Assembly: GCA_045837725.1 (NCBI GenBank)
Contig: JBEWZL010000109.1
Location: forward strand, 310,001 to 374,000
Origin: Vermamoeba vermiformis
Lineage: Eukaryota
Direction: 5' to 3'
Length of the DNA stretch: 64,000 nt
Part shown: positions 40,261 to 52,671 of the stretch, one piece after another
Position numbering within the stretch: the first letter of the stretch is position 1
How the letters are laid out: each line of letters begins with the position of its first letter
Position numbers and translations under genes: made by a program
The notes under the pieces: model-generated
Told to the model about the DNA's origin: nothing
What the model saw: the letters and a program-made list of their open reading frames with translations, nothing else
Databases searched by the model: none

Positions 40261-42166
40261 ATGGACGACCTCAAATGCAGTAACTGGCGCATCGAACATT
40301 ACAAATCAGTGCCTTATGAACAACCATTTGCAGCACCAGTAACGACATTTGTCTATAAGCCAGGAAAAGAATCAAATCTAATTGTCGGATTGGAAAATGG
40401 TTCTTTATTGCTCTTCGATTTATCGCGAGAGAAACCTGGTAAATATTGTATTCATAGAGTATAGTCTATATTATAATCAACGTGAATACGCAAATAACTC
40501 GTGCGATCCTTGAAAATCATTTTGGACAAGTTCGTTAATCCGTTTTTAATTTTCCAATAGGGTTTAATTTGAAACAAACGATATCTGATCATAAGGTAAG
40601 TCATATTTATCATACTTCTAATTAGTAAAAATTAATTTGAAAATTTTGAAGGCCGCTGTAACCGCGATCCAGTTCACCGAAAAATATCTCATTACAGGCG
40701 ATGAAAAAGCAAACATTAGGTGCGTGATTATATGGGCATAGTATTAATCTATCATATCAATATTAACTTATTTTAATTAGGATATATGATTTGGAAAACA
40801 AGAAATTAGCGTACAGTTTTCAAGAAGAACATTCAATCGAAAGTTTAGAAACAGATGGCAAAATATTAATTAGTGGTACGTATATATGATAATATTATAG
40901 TAATTTTGGTATTCAAGATCATTGATTTAATTAATTTTTGTTCGAGATCCGGATCTGATCTAAAAAAATTTTTTAATAGGCGATTCAAACAATGGAAAAA
41001 TTAAATTATGGAATATGGACGGATATAGTAGCTTAAATACTATTAATATTCCGTCATGCAAGCGGATCTTGACAAAAATGAACAAAGAAGCCACGGTGCT
41101 TTTAGTAGCCTATCCAAATGGCTTAATAGAAGTCTGGGACCTTAAAAATAGTTGCAAAATTACATCTGCAAATATTACAAATGATAACAACACGTTAGAT
41201 ATTAACAAATTGACTATTATTGTAAGTACTATCGAAAATCAATTAGCTTTTTCAGTGAAACTAATTTTAGGTTACTTTCATTGCCACCATTACTATATAT
41301 GGAAATATATTAGTATAGTGTCATATAGAGCCCTAATTATTGTTTTTTAGGACGATGCAAATGACCGGATCCAATTTAACGTTTTAAGTTTTGATGGCTT
41401 AATTACTGAATGGCGATTCGAAAACAACGAATTAAAGCTGCAAAAATCACATAATAATCTACCAGCATCACAGTATATATGGGTCCATAATAAGCAACGA
41501 ATAGCCTATTGTAGCGATAATTTTGGCAATATTTCAGCGTACGATCTAGAAAGTTACGAGAAGTTATATGATTTGAAGCCCAAATTGAACGAACCAATCG
41601 TGCATATGGAAGGCGATGATAATTATATAATTAGCATTAGTAGCAGCAATCAGTTGATGATTTTTGATTTTTTAAATGTTGAAATGTTGTTCCCGTTAGA
41701 ACGACAATTACTTGTAGAATTACGAGAAAGAGAGCTGAATGAAAGAATAAGAGCGAGGAAAAATAAGGAAGATATTAATATGAATGAAAGAACAATACAA
41801 CGAGTTGAAACGGATCAGATTCGGCGGCAAGATCTGATCAACCGAAAGACAAGAACAAATGCAGAACAAAATAACAATACTAATAGAAGCGAGGTTATTA
41901 TACATAATAATACGCGACAAGATGAACCAACAGATAAACGGCCAAAATCACGGCTAAAACCAGAAGAAAACGGATCCACCGAAAACTCAACACAAAAAGT
42001 AAGTTGTAAATAACCTAATTATAGTACTATATTAATTACTATGTTATAGGACCCGAGTACAGACGATGACACGACAGGCCTAATTCCTACGATATTATCT
42101 ATTGGATTTTTAGTCCTCGGATTTGCCTCGTTTGTAGCGCTCAAATTTGTAATAAAAGAGCAATGA
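40261..42166 (+). CDS. WD40-repeat protein with a C-terminal transmembrane anchor
   Basis: LIVGLENGSLLLFD, HKAAVTAIQF..LITGD...IRIYD, GKIKLWN, GLIEVWDL; terminal LIPTIFSIGFLVLGFASFVALKFVI. Confidence 0.75.
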
Positions 42167-42367
42167 GAACGCACAATTAAGACTAGGCGCGTGTTGTATA
42201 TGATATATAGTGACCTTTTTACATTCTACAGATACAGTTACAATGGTGGTAGTTAAATCTAACCTTTTTCTATTAACAAAATAAATTTTTTTCTTTTTCG
42301 ACTGGATCTCGATCCAATAATTTTTTTTCTTCGAATAAATAATTGCTTGGGTTCGTATTATTTCCGA

Positions 42368-44360
42368 TTAATGCTTGTGTTGGCTACGTTTCGTATTGAC
42401 GTAATCGGAAATGTGCGTGCCGTACTGTTCGCCCACCCACGGCGCCAAATAGTCCGTGCCCGTGATTGTTCCGCGACATTTGCTGCTGCCGCACGAACAA
42501 TTGAACGCGCTCATGTTGTCCACGCAAAACGTCGCGTACTCCATCGTGATCTGTTCGTCTTTTTTGATATCCCGCTTCGCGACCACATCCAGGCCGACGA
42601 GCCACGCGTTCGGGTCGCAGCTGTGATTGATCGGACGCCATTCAAGGGGATTGTTGCTCCATATGCCCCACACCTCGTCTGTGTAGGGATAGGCGTACGA
42701 GCCAAACCACGACTTCTTTTGCGCGTCCCACTGCTTGTCACTAAATAAGGCCAAATTAGTGTTAATAATAGCGCTAGTGGTATATTTAAATGGTGCTATA
42801 ATAGAATTATAATAACGATAGTTAAGGATATTAGGGATCTTGATTTGAAAAAATTTTCGGGGTCAGATCCAAAACATTTTCTCCAATAATTGAATCGTTA
42901 CATAGTAATGTTAATAGTGATTATTACTAATATAGTGAATATACATTAATTCCCTAATTATTGGAGGTATTGAGCGGATCCGAATTTCAAAAATGAATTT
43001 TTTGCCACATTAGTATAAATACCGATAAATATCCATATTAACGCATTGCAATACTTACACATAGCTCTTGGTGACTATATAAGCACCGCGCTCTTCGTGT
43101 TTTTCAACGACTTCGCCTTCTTTAATGTCTCGTGCAGCGTACAAGCCATATCCGCTGGCTGGACTGTAATGAACTTTGGCCGTGGGCTGTCTCTTGCGGT
43201 GACGCGCAAAAGCACTATAAATATGATAATATATGAATATATGGGGTTAAAATATTAATTTAATTTCGAGTTTTCTTGATAAATAGACGTTATTCGGTTA
43301 ATAAAAAAAAATTGGATCGAGTTCTTAGGTTGTACAGCTCCAATAATTTTTATAATATTATTTAAATATACTATATCACTTACCAATTGAATATTTGCTC
43401 CATAAATCCGCGGTGGCCTTTCGGATCATTAATTAAAATGAAATCTGCTGAGCCCATCGTCTCTGGTGATTCCGTTGGATAGAATATGCCGCAATTAGGA
43501 TTAATTTCCAAGAAAAATACTTCGCCTTTCGTATTAACGCGCAAATCGCAACGGCCATAGCTGACACCATCCAGCGCCACAAAAATTTTCTTGCAGAGGT
43601 CCTTGATGCGGTTAGCTAGGTCTTCTTCGTCGCAAGGGACCCATCCAATCTTGCCGCAGTCCGCCCACTTCAAATCGAAGTGCTTGAAACCCGCATCTCC
43701 TTCCGAAAATACGCATTGAACTGGATTGTAAGCAATAGGATTGTTTGGATCCGCTGCATTCTCTGCGACCAAGCAAGTGTACTCTCGGCCGTCGATAAAC
43801 TCTTCGATAAGAGCACCGCCAAACTCGTCAATGAAGCGCCAAGCTTGAGTTTTGAGTTGCTCGGGATTTGTTACGCGCGAATCTTTTGTCATGCCAACTG
43901 AACTGTAGCCGTTGTAATGCTTCACTATCATAGGGAACTTCATAAATTTAACTGCGTCGTCGATATCTGCTTGGTTGTAAGCAAATTTGAAAGCAGGCGT
44001 ATTGACTCCATAATACAACGCCACCATCTTCATTGTTTCTTTGCTGGGCTCGTAAAAATTCAAATCCGCACCAGTATATGCACAATTAAATCGTTCTAAT
44101 GCTTCTAACACTTCTTTGCCGGCTCTGTCCTCGTCGAAAGCGCCATCGCACAGATTCACGTAAAGATCATAACCTTCTTTTGCCAAGTCGCGAATTTGCT
44201 GCACGGCCGTTGCTTTCTTTACGAACACTTTGGACCATGAATGCTCGGGCATATGAATTGAAGGGTCGCAATACAAATCGAAATCCTTGAACGGCGCGTT
44301 CGATCCTTCATAAGAACTTTGTAATGTGCAAATCTTCAATTTCTTGAAACTCGACGACAT
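42368..44360 (-). CDS. ATP-grasp (D-Ala-D-Ala ligase-like) domain fused to a SET/post-SET domain, 3 exons
   Basis: FPMIVKH..YSSVGM, LIEEFIDGREYT, YGRCDLR...FFLEINPNCG. Middle exon (about 43059-43214) GYGLYAARDIKEGEV; then INHSCDPN, ITMEY and CSCGSSKCRG. Splice phases are consistent. Confidence 0.9.
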
Positions 44361-44750
44361 TTTAGTGAGTATATATTATAACCACGCTACAGTTGTGGTG
44401 CGTCGTTGAGTTTTGCAATAAAAACTAACGCATAAAAAAATCACCTAAAATTTTCCGTTCATGAATTTTTTTGAATTTTTTATTGTGCTCAACGCGAGCT
44501 TCTAACCAAAATTTTCATTGAATTCCGTAGTATCAGGATATACAAATACAATTGCATATTAATGGGCTAAAAAAGTTTGAAGATACTATTGCAGGTTATT
44601 TTTAGCGCCTTATTGCCGTTTGACGGTAAAAAAGGTACAAATTTGATTTGATTAAGCTGCATTCAATTTATATATTATATTCATATCCTTTACAAGCAGA
44701 TCAAACTAATTTTTTGCTCGATCGAGAAAATCAAAACACAAATTTTCATT

Positions 44751-46803
44751 TTACTGTTTTTTCTTCGACATCTTCTTGAATGCCGTATTGAAGCATGAAT
44801 AAATTAAGCCCATTACGACCCAAACACCGCCGACCAAGGCAAAAGAACGAGTAACAAAGTGGCTGAAGTATCGTTGTTGTCGCGTCACTTTTGCCATAAT
44901 AGGCGAAAAGTCATAACGGAAATAAACACCTATAATATTATCATATTATTAATATTTCATAAAATAAATACTTTAAGTGAGTTTAAGCGAGATCTGGCCT
45001 CGCAGATTGAATTTTGTTTGACACGTGTCACTTGGATGTGACGTGGCTCGTGCAGTAAATGAACGAAATCTATCGTAGTAAATCAAAGTACGTACCAGGT
45101 AAGTGCCAGTGCTTGCCACCAGGTACAACGACGTCAGTGTGCGAAGTGACCGAGTACTGATTGGTGTCCACCACGAGACTGCCACTCTCGTACTCCGTGG
45201 GCACTACTGTCACGAAATGAGTCGTGCGGAGCAATCCTAACAGCGGAATATTAGCACTAGTATAGCTTAAAACTATGAAACCACGATCAATTTGACTAAG
45301 GCTCGACCCGGGTTCGCGTGATAAAATTTTTGCAAAGATTAAGAGTGATTGCGGACTTACCAGTCTTGTTCGACTTCCAGTTGTCGAGAGGATTTTCCAT
45401 GCCAGGATAGCTGTCACCAAATCGGAAGTAAATGATGGTGTGTTGCAGGTCAAACTGCATCAACTCTTCGGTAGTGAACGGCATGTGGTGCACGTGATGA
45501 CCGTGACCACCGTGACCCTTGTTCGGAGCTGCGTCCGAGAGCAATGTGCATGTTGCCTTTGACTTTTCGCACGTGCACTGTGCCCGTAATTTGACAGCCG
45601 ACATTGTTCGGATCTTTCTCACGTTGACACTACGAATGACACGTGTCAACAGCTGCTCATTATAGAAAGAGGACAGCAATGCAATGTACGTACCAAGTAG
45701 TGACCGCTAGCTTTGTTACGCGCATCATGTTCAGGGATATTTTTGTTGCGCCAGTACGTGACGACTTGTTCGCAGTTACAACACTCATCGCCCGTGTTGG
45801 TTTTGATGCTAAATATAGAACATTAGTAATTGAGTTGTTCCTCAATACTAAGAAATACTATTGACGTCTTGGGGCATATTGGGATGTCTAATACTAAGCC
45901 CGATGTGTCCATAAGAAGGTGTGTAAAGTACTTACTGAAGGATGCTCTTGACAGTGGCCCACACGCTCGACACGCACAACATGCAGTACTTCTCGCCGAG
46001 GATGTAGCCGCGCGAACTCAAGTCGTACTTTGTGATGTCTTTCGTGACCGCTAGTTGCGAGTCTGATGTCTCGTCTACAACGTCCACGTTCACGTCTAAA
46101 TAGAGATATTAATGTTAAGGCCTCCGATCACAACGATTATAAAGAATATTTAGCGTTAACGCTAAGCACGCATAATGTGCTTTTGATGCAACAGATCGTG
46201 TGCCGGATCTTTTATTAAATTTCAAAAATTATGAGATATGAACGCTAAGTCTAATGACTATAATAAAGGATATATGCATGACTTACCAGGGCATTTAACT
46301 TTAGGAAAAGAGATTGAGAATGCGATCGGCACCGTTGGTTTGCGAGATGTATCGACGTACAACGAGCCAGTTGTCTCCATTGTCGTATAATCAAAATATT
46401 CGCTCAACAAGAGGAATGTGATGAGAAAAGTAGCGAGGAATGTCACTGAAGAATTGAAGAGCTGTTAGTAAAATAGATCACGCTGAAAAGGTCCATTAAT
46501 TTATGATATTGATCTCCATAATATTTTTTTAGGCAATATTATACTTGATGAATAATTTTTTGAATGGTTTTTTGGCGTAATATGCGGCGTTAGATATTTA
46601 TAAATTTTGAATAATTAAAACTGCCATCTGTCTCAAAAATGAATTCTAAACTAATTAATTATAGAAAATAGCATTTATATTATTTACATACCAATGCCTC
46701 CATATGAAGAACGAACTTGAATTTCAGATTCGGTTTTGGGATAAAAATCGAACCTTCGCGCAGCAGCCAAGTATGGCCTAATCTTCTCTAATGCATTATT
46801 CAT
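44751..46803 (-). CDS. ERGIC/Erv41-Erv46 family protein (+1 break near 45533)
   Basis: RRFDFYPKT...RSSYGG, LYVDTSR, ISFPKVKC, GCQITGTVHVRKVKGNMHIALG, FGDSYPGMENPLD, TNQYSVT, RYDFSPI-like, ALVGGVW, KKQ* tail. Confidence 0.88.
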
Positions 46804-47114
46804 AGTGATATATCGTCTCTATTATCAGTACTATCAATTGAGCATTTGTGGCGCTGATCTAGAGCGAGCAGAACAAAATAACGAAATTGCTGACGTCACG
46901 ATAAAGTTCTCCCAATATGACAACTCTTTTCATATAGAACTAGTACTAGTATGGTGTGTTGATTTAATAAGGCTATATTCAGCTTTTTGGGGCTGCGTTC
47001 GAGATTTCTAGAAGGATCGAGGCCAGTTTAAGTTTTACCGGGGCAACATTTTAAACTGTTTCCCGATCGAAGCACCTCAATCGCACATTATACAAGCATA
47101 TTTAACCAGCAAAT

Positions 47115-48109
47115 ATGGCAGGTAAAGATTGCAGCTCCGAGAATGAAAATCAAAGACTGATCCGTTGTTTAATAGATGCTAAAGAATGCAAGATCGTTTC
47201 TAAGACTGAAGCGTACTCGCTAAAGTGGCTTAAATTATATAAGATATCGTGGAGTGATCCTGAAGGCAAAGAGAGGGTAAATCCAGAATAAAATTAGAAA
47301 TTCTTCGATTTTTTTCGTTAACGTAAACAATTATGTAGATTTGGGAAAGCGTCGAACGTACCACTAGAAAGGGCGAAATTGATGGTAATTTAATTATTCG
47401 AATTTATCATTACCATAAATATTTAAATTTCTTCGGCCAGCCGTTTCGATCTTGGCTATCATCAAAAAGAAAGGAGAAGGCGATCGAGTATGTATTAGCC
47501 TTATGTAGTGCTAGTAGTATATGTTAATAACACTAGTTGCTAGATCATTCTCGTGAAGCAATTCAGACCTCCTCTCGGCAAATACACGATCGAACAGCCT
47601 GCTGGTACGTTTTGAACTTAAAAGCGATCTAATAGTATCATATTAATATATATAAGGTCTTGTTGATGGAAATGAGTCCCCTGAAACTGCTGCTTTGCGC
47701 GAATTGCATGAAGAGACCGGATACAGAGTTGCAAAGGCTAAATCCGTTTCAGCAGTGTGTTATAATGATGTAGGCATTACTAATACTTGCTCACAAATGG
47801 TTCATGTCGAGGTAGGTATTTAAAATAATTTAGAAAAATTGTCTAAGCAAAAAACTTTCAGATTGACGGTGATCTGCCTGAAAACCAAAACCCGCAGCCA
47901 CAAGTCGATGACGGCGAGTTTATTGAAGTACTTACTGCTCCATTAGATACATTATACGAGACATTAGTCGGTAAGTTGCTTTAGTGCTGCCCATCTGACG
48001 TCGATCGCTGACTTTGCTTTCGTCAGATTACACCAACAAAGGCTTTGGAGTCGCAGCTAAGCTCATGACTTACGCTTATGGTCTCTATTTTGCTCGCACA
48101 TACAAATAA
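47115..48109 (+). CDS. NUDT5: NUDIX ADP-ribose pyrophosphatase (NUDT5/Ysa1-like)
   Basis: WESVERTTRKG, LVKQFRPPLG, Nudix box [33 protein letters not shown]. Confidence 0.9.
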
Positions 48110-48203
48110 AACCGGCACAAAAGCACTACCTCTTCTCCCACAACAAAATTTAGCCACATCCAACGCTACGAACAAATGAGTCAGATATGCTCCTCTATCT
48201 ATT

Positions 48204-48361
48204 GACATTTGTCTGCCCGCATCGCGTTTATGGTGCACCATTGGCCTTCGGGAGGAGTCCTGGAGGTCGAGGGTGATAATGCAAGATGAACCGCCCGAGG
48301 CTGGTGACAGAGCAGGGAAAAGTCTTCGCCGAGATGAGCGATGGGATAACAGACGGGTGTC
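48204..48361 (+). ncRNA. SRP RNA (7SL) S-domain
   Basis: Helix 6 GGCCTTCGGGA-GGAG-TCCTGGAGGTC (48243-48268); helix 8 GAGG-CTG-GTGA-CAG-AGCAG (48297-48315); closing stem GACATTTGTCTG/CAGACGGGTGTC; T4-C-T9 terminator follows. Confidence 0.85.
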
Positions 48362-48617
48362 TTTTCTTTTTTTTTGTTTATTAATGGCATATACGTCGTC
48401 TAGGTGAGATGCATATTTCGTTTTATGTACATTTTTGGGATCACTAGCGATTTTGCTGGGTCAGATCAGCCGCACATTTAAACAAATATTACAAGTTATT
48501 CTTCGTTTCAGGTTTATTATTTACAAGTGCGTTGGTCGGGAATATATACATAGGATTATCGTTGAGGTTCGCTGATAGAACAGAAATGGATCTGCTTCGC
48601 TTGGCACTGCCTTTGAA

Positions 48618-51600
48618 TTACTCAAACTTCTTTAGCATTTCCATAATTTCATCAAAACTTGGTCTATCGTTTGGTACTTCAGACCAGCAACGCTCAATCA
48701 AGTTGAGCCAGTTCTATAAATCACATCATATTAGTCACCTAGTCATCAAAACATCATGTCTCGCACGTACCTTGTCCGAGATGTTCGAATGCAGTGGCGG
48801 TCTCAATCGACCAGTTGCAACAGCAATGCCTGCTTCCATCGGATCCCACTCGTCAAATGGAATTTCACCCCTATTGAACGTTAATACAGCACTACTAACT
48901 GAGTACCAATCAACGTACTCGCTCATCATTTCCCACACGACAATTGCAAAGCTGTACACGTCAGACTTTTCGTTGTATGTCTCGTGGCGTAAGATCTCAG
49001 GTGCTGTCCAAGCAATGGTGCCCGCACTGTACTCGTCATTAGCAATCAGTCTATTATGACTGGGGCAATGAATAAGACGTACCTGGTCATCGTTGACGCA
49101 TGTGACTTGACACGAGCGATGCCGAAATCAGCGACTTTGACGTTCAAGTTCTCGTCGAGCTGAGTTAAGACAGTATAATTAGTTCAAGAATATGACAGTA
49201 GATGACGGCTAATATTGACGTACCAAAATATTAAATGATTTAAGGTCTCTGTGAATGATATTGTTCTGGTGCAAGTACGACATGCCCTTGGCAATGTCAT
49301 ACGCGAATTCAACGAGCTGTTGTTTGTCCAAGTTGCCTCTGTTCTCAATAAGGTAATCGTGGAGATTTTGCGGGAGATATTCCATCACAATTGCATTGGG
49401 TTCGGTGCAGTAGCCGTAAAAACTGACCAAATTAGGATGCTTCAATTGACTAAAAATAAAACGTTAAGTATTGATTTTATAACAATTAATATATGAACAA
49501 TGTTACCTTAATAATTCAACTTCTGTCTTAAAGTCCTGAATGGATTTAGTTTTGGATTTTTCTTTTGAGACAGTGCGGATCTGTTTGACAGCGACAATCG
49601 TGTTCTTATAAATACCACGCCGTACTTGTGAGAAAAATCCTTTGCCGACAATAGTTTGCAGTTCAATCTCGGAGTAATCGATCAATCGAACTTTTTCTAG
49701 CGGCAATTTCACCGTGTTTGCTGTCCACACGTCGTTCAGGAAATTTCCCGCTTCATTTCTACCGCCAAGTACGAACAACTTGGAGCCCAATTTGCTCAAT
49801 GTATGACCGTATCTAATACAGACATTAATAATAGGACCCTATATCTATTTACATATGACGTACCGTTCAGAAGGTGCTTCGTTACAACGGATCTTCATCC
49901 ATTCAATTTCCTCGTCATCGCTCAACGCACTAGCAGTCCTCTCGCTCATTTTGTTTGGTTTCACTGAACCAATCACTGGCGAGTTGACACCGCTCGCGCT
50001 GGTGTTATTGTTATTATTTACATTTTGTGCCAGTGTTGAGGCGACAGTAGGACTCGTGCCCAAACTGCCCGTGGAACTCGGACCTGAAGAAGAATTCAAC
50101 TGATCACGTGGCACGAGCGGGTAATTGTGATTAACAAAATTGATCTCGCTGTTGATCTCGTCCTTATTGAAGCCTTCATTGTGCCGCTTGCCAATGACAA
50201 TCTTCCACACGTCCTGAATACACCCATTAATAAGCTAATCATAACTAATACTATTGTAGGTATCTCTAGTGTTACCTTGGTGGTACTGCCGTTCTTCCTT
50301 TTGCCACCATAAATCAGCACTGACGTGCCCAATGTGACGACTTGATGGTAGGCCATGCGCGGGACAGTAGCTTTCAACGAGACTTGTTTCCACTCGGCGT
50401 TTTCAAAATTGAGACAATACAAGTCGTTGAAATAGTTGTCTTCGTCGTGACCTCCAAGGACCAACATTCGATTGCCGACCACTGCTGCTGAATGGCCTCT
50501 GCGACCTTTAGGAATATCACCTGTGGTCTTCATCACCGTGCACTTGTTATTATCGGCTATTATGGCGCATTAGTACTGGATTCATATTCAATATGAGTCT
50601 AGTGTTACTTACAGACGTCAATCAGGTACACGGTGTTGTCGTACTTTTTGCCATCGAATCCACCGAACAGCACGAGATTATTCTCATATCGTACTAGTGA
50701 ATGACCACACAGTGCCGGCAGTGCCACACCAGTAACACGTGGATTGGACCAGTGCGTTGTTTCTGTGCGATAGAGGTCAGCCAAGTGAACCACTAACACG
50801 CACTAAAAATTCGCGGAAAATTAACTAAAAAATAAACGTACCATCACGAATAATAGCTAATACAAACATCTTGGAAGACATTTGATTATTGACCATGCCT
50901 CCATAAATATAAATCTTCTCGCCTATTCTACAAGCGGCGTGTTGCGAGATCAGCTTTGGTGCAACACCGGTTTCATTGGCAGGTGTTAGCTTTTGAGTCT
51001 CTAATCATCCAACATCATTAATATGATCCTTATATAGTAAATTTATCCTAGTATTAAACTTTAAAATCAAAAGCAAACGTTATGTAACGGCATTAAACTT
51101 GAACCGTCAAACGTTAATTAATTTAAGTATTTAACGGCAATATCAATTATAATAGCAACAATTTGCGTATTAATGATATAAATTCCGTATTGGTGAACGA
51201 GTGTGATTCGTGTGGATCTGGAATATAATTCGAGATTACATACCAGGATTAAAAAACTCAATACCAGCAGGAGTTCCATCTTGCGTATCACCACCTATTA
51301 AAATCAACACGTTGCCATATGAAATTGTTGTGTGCATGGCGCGCGGCTTCAAAATATTGATTTTTTGGCTGTACCAATCGAGCTCATCTGAATAAGAATG
51401 AATTTAATCGCAAAGATTTTTAATAAATAGTACGATATATGGTTAATTATATTTTTGTTAATAAATTTAGTCAGATCCCGTTGCAATTTAATAGTAAATA
51501 TTCAATGAACTGGTGAACAAGAAAAAACACGGGACATATAATTAAATATTTTTAAGTATGTACCTGAGGCATAAGCTTTTCTTGCGCGTTCTTCTATTCG

Positions 51601-52317
51601 CTGTTTTGCGACCTTGATCCGCCTTTTAATGGTGTCGCTAAATTCCACCTGTCGTTTGTCCGTATTGTATTGAATATTAAACTCCTCGCCACTCGTGTCG
51701 TAATCTTCTGCATCTTCATTTCGTGCTTTTTGAGGTTTAATAGGATCGTCAGCTGTATTCGTAGGATTTTGAGTAACTTTTTTCGCAGTGGTTTGGATGC
51801 GGCTTGAATTATCCACGTATTGCGGCAATTTAACCTTGTCCTTGATAGAAATATCGTTCTCGATGTATTTTAGCAATATCTTCGCCAAACTATCAATACA
51901 GAAGCGATCTGCCAGCGTCAACAAGTCGATCATCTGCGTGTAGTCTTTAATTAAAATGCGGCCAGTGTAAATAAAATTCATCAATTGTAAGAAGTTCTCC
52001 GGGTCCACGTCGCTAATCTCCAGCATAACTGGCAGTTCTTCGTGCGATACATTAATTAATTCTTTAAATACTGAGCTGTGGACGGCGAGGAACGCTCGAT
52101 GCGCAAAAATTTGTCTGTTGCGCGGACCCACAATAAATATTACATCGCTGAGATATTTGTTGTTGACGAGTGCTATGAATTTTTCTGCTAATTTATCTCC
52201 ACTCTCTTGAAAGCTTAATTTTCGTTTCAATACGGCAAATCCACCTCCATTCGATTGTCCTGACGTTGGTTTATTGTCCGAGACAGTTTGTCTTCGCTGC
52301 TGAGGCTTGTTAGACAT
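48618..52317 (-). CDS. BTB + Kelch repeats + TKL protein kinase
   Basis: SDVIFIVG..IFAHRAFLAVHSSVFK (BTB); several H-x-x...GG Kelch repeats; VGKGFFSQV, VAVK, HPNLVSFYG, HRDLKSFNIL, DFG, GTIAWTAPE, SDVYSFAIV, RPSF. The exon 1/2 junction is in frame. Confidence 0.88.
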
Positions 52318-52671
52318 CCGTTATTTAATAGCATTCATATTGTTGTTGTATCTCGCTTCGGGGTGAAAAGACAAATAAAAATAGAGCGAAATCACACCTC
52401 GTCAATCACCTGTCAAGTCGCTCCACGAATTCTATCGTCTCTTCGAAGCCGTTAAACGTATGATTATTTCGGGCGTGTTGATAAGCGAACAGAATCTTTT
52501 GATTTAAAAAGAATATCTTTGTTAAATCCACAAAAATTTCTACCTACCTGTAATACGATCCGTTGTCGCCTTGCGTTTGCTAGCAACACTTTGATATTCA
52601 TTAATCAGTACCATTTTTTGCAATACAGAGGTGCATTTTAAATTAGAGCAAGATCCAGGCAAGAGAATTTT

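Noticed and set aside
48023-48390. Short minus-strand ORFs near 48.2 kb
   Set aside because: They overlap the NUDT5 last exon and the SRP RNA and have no protein features.
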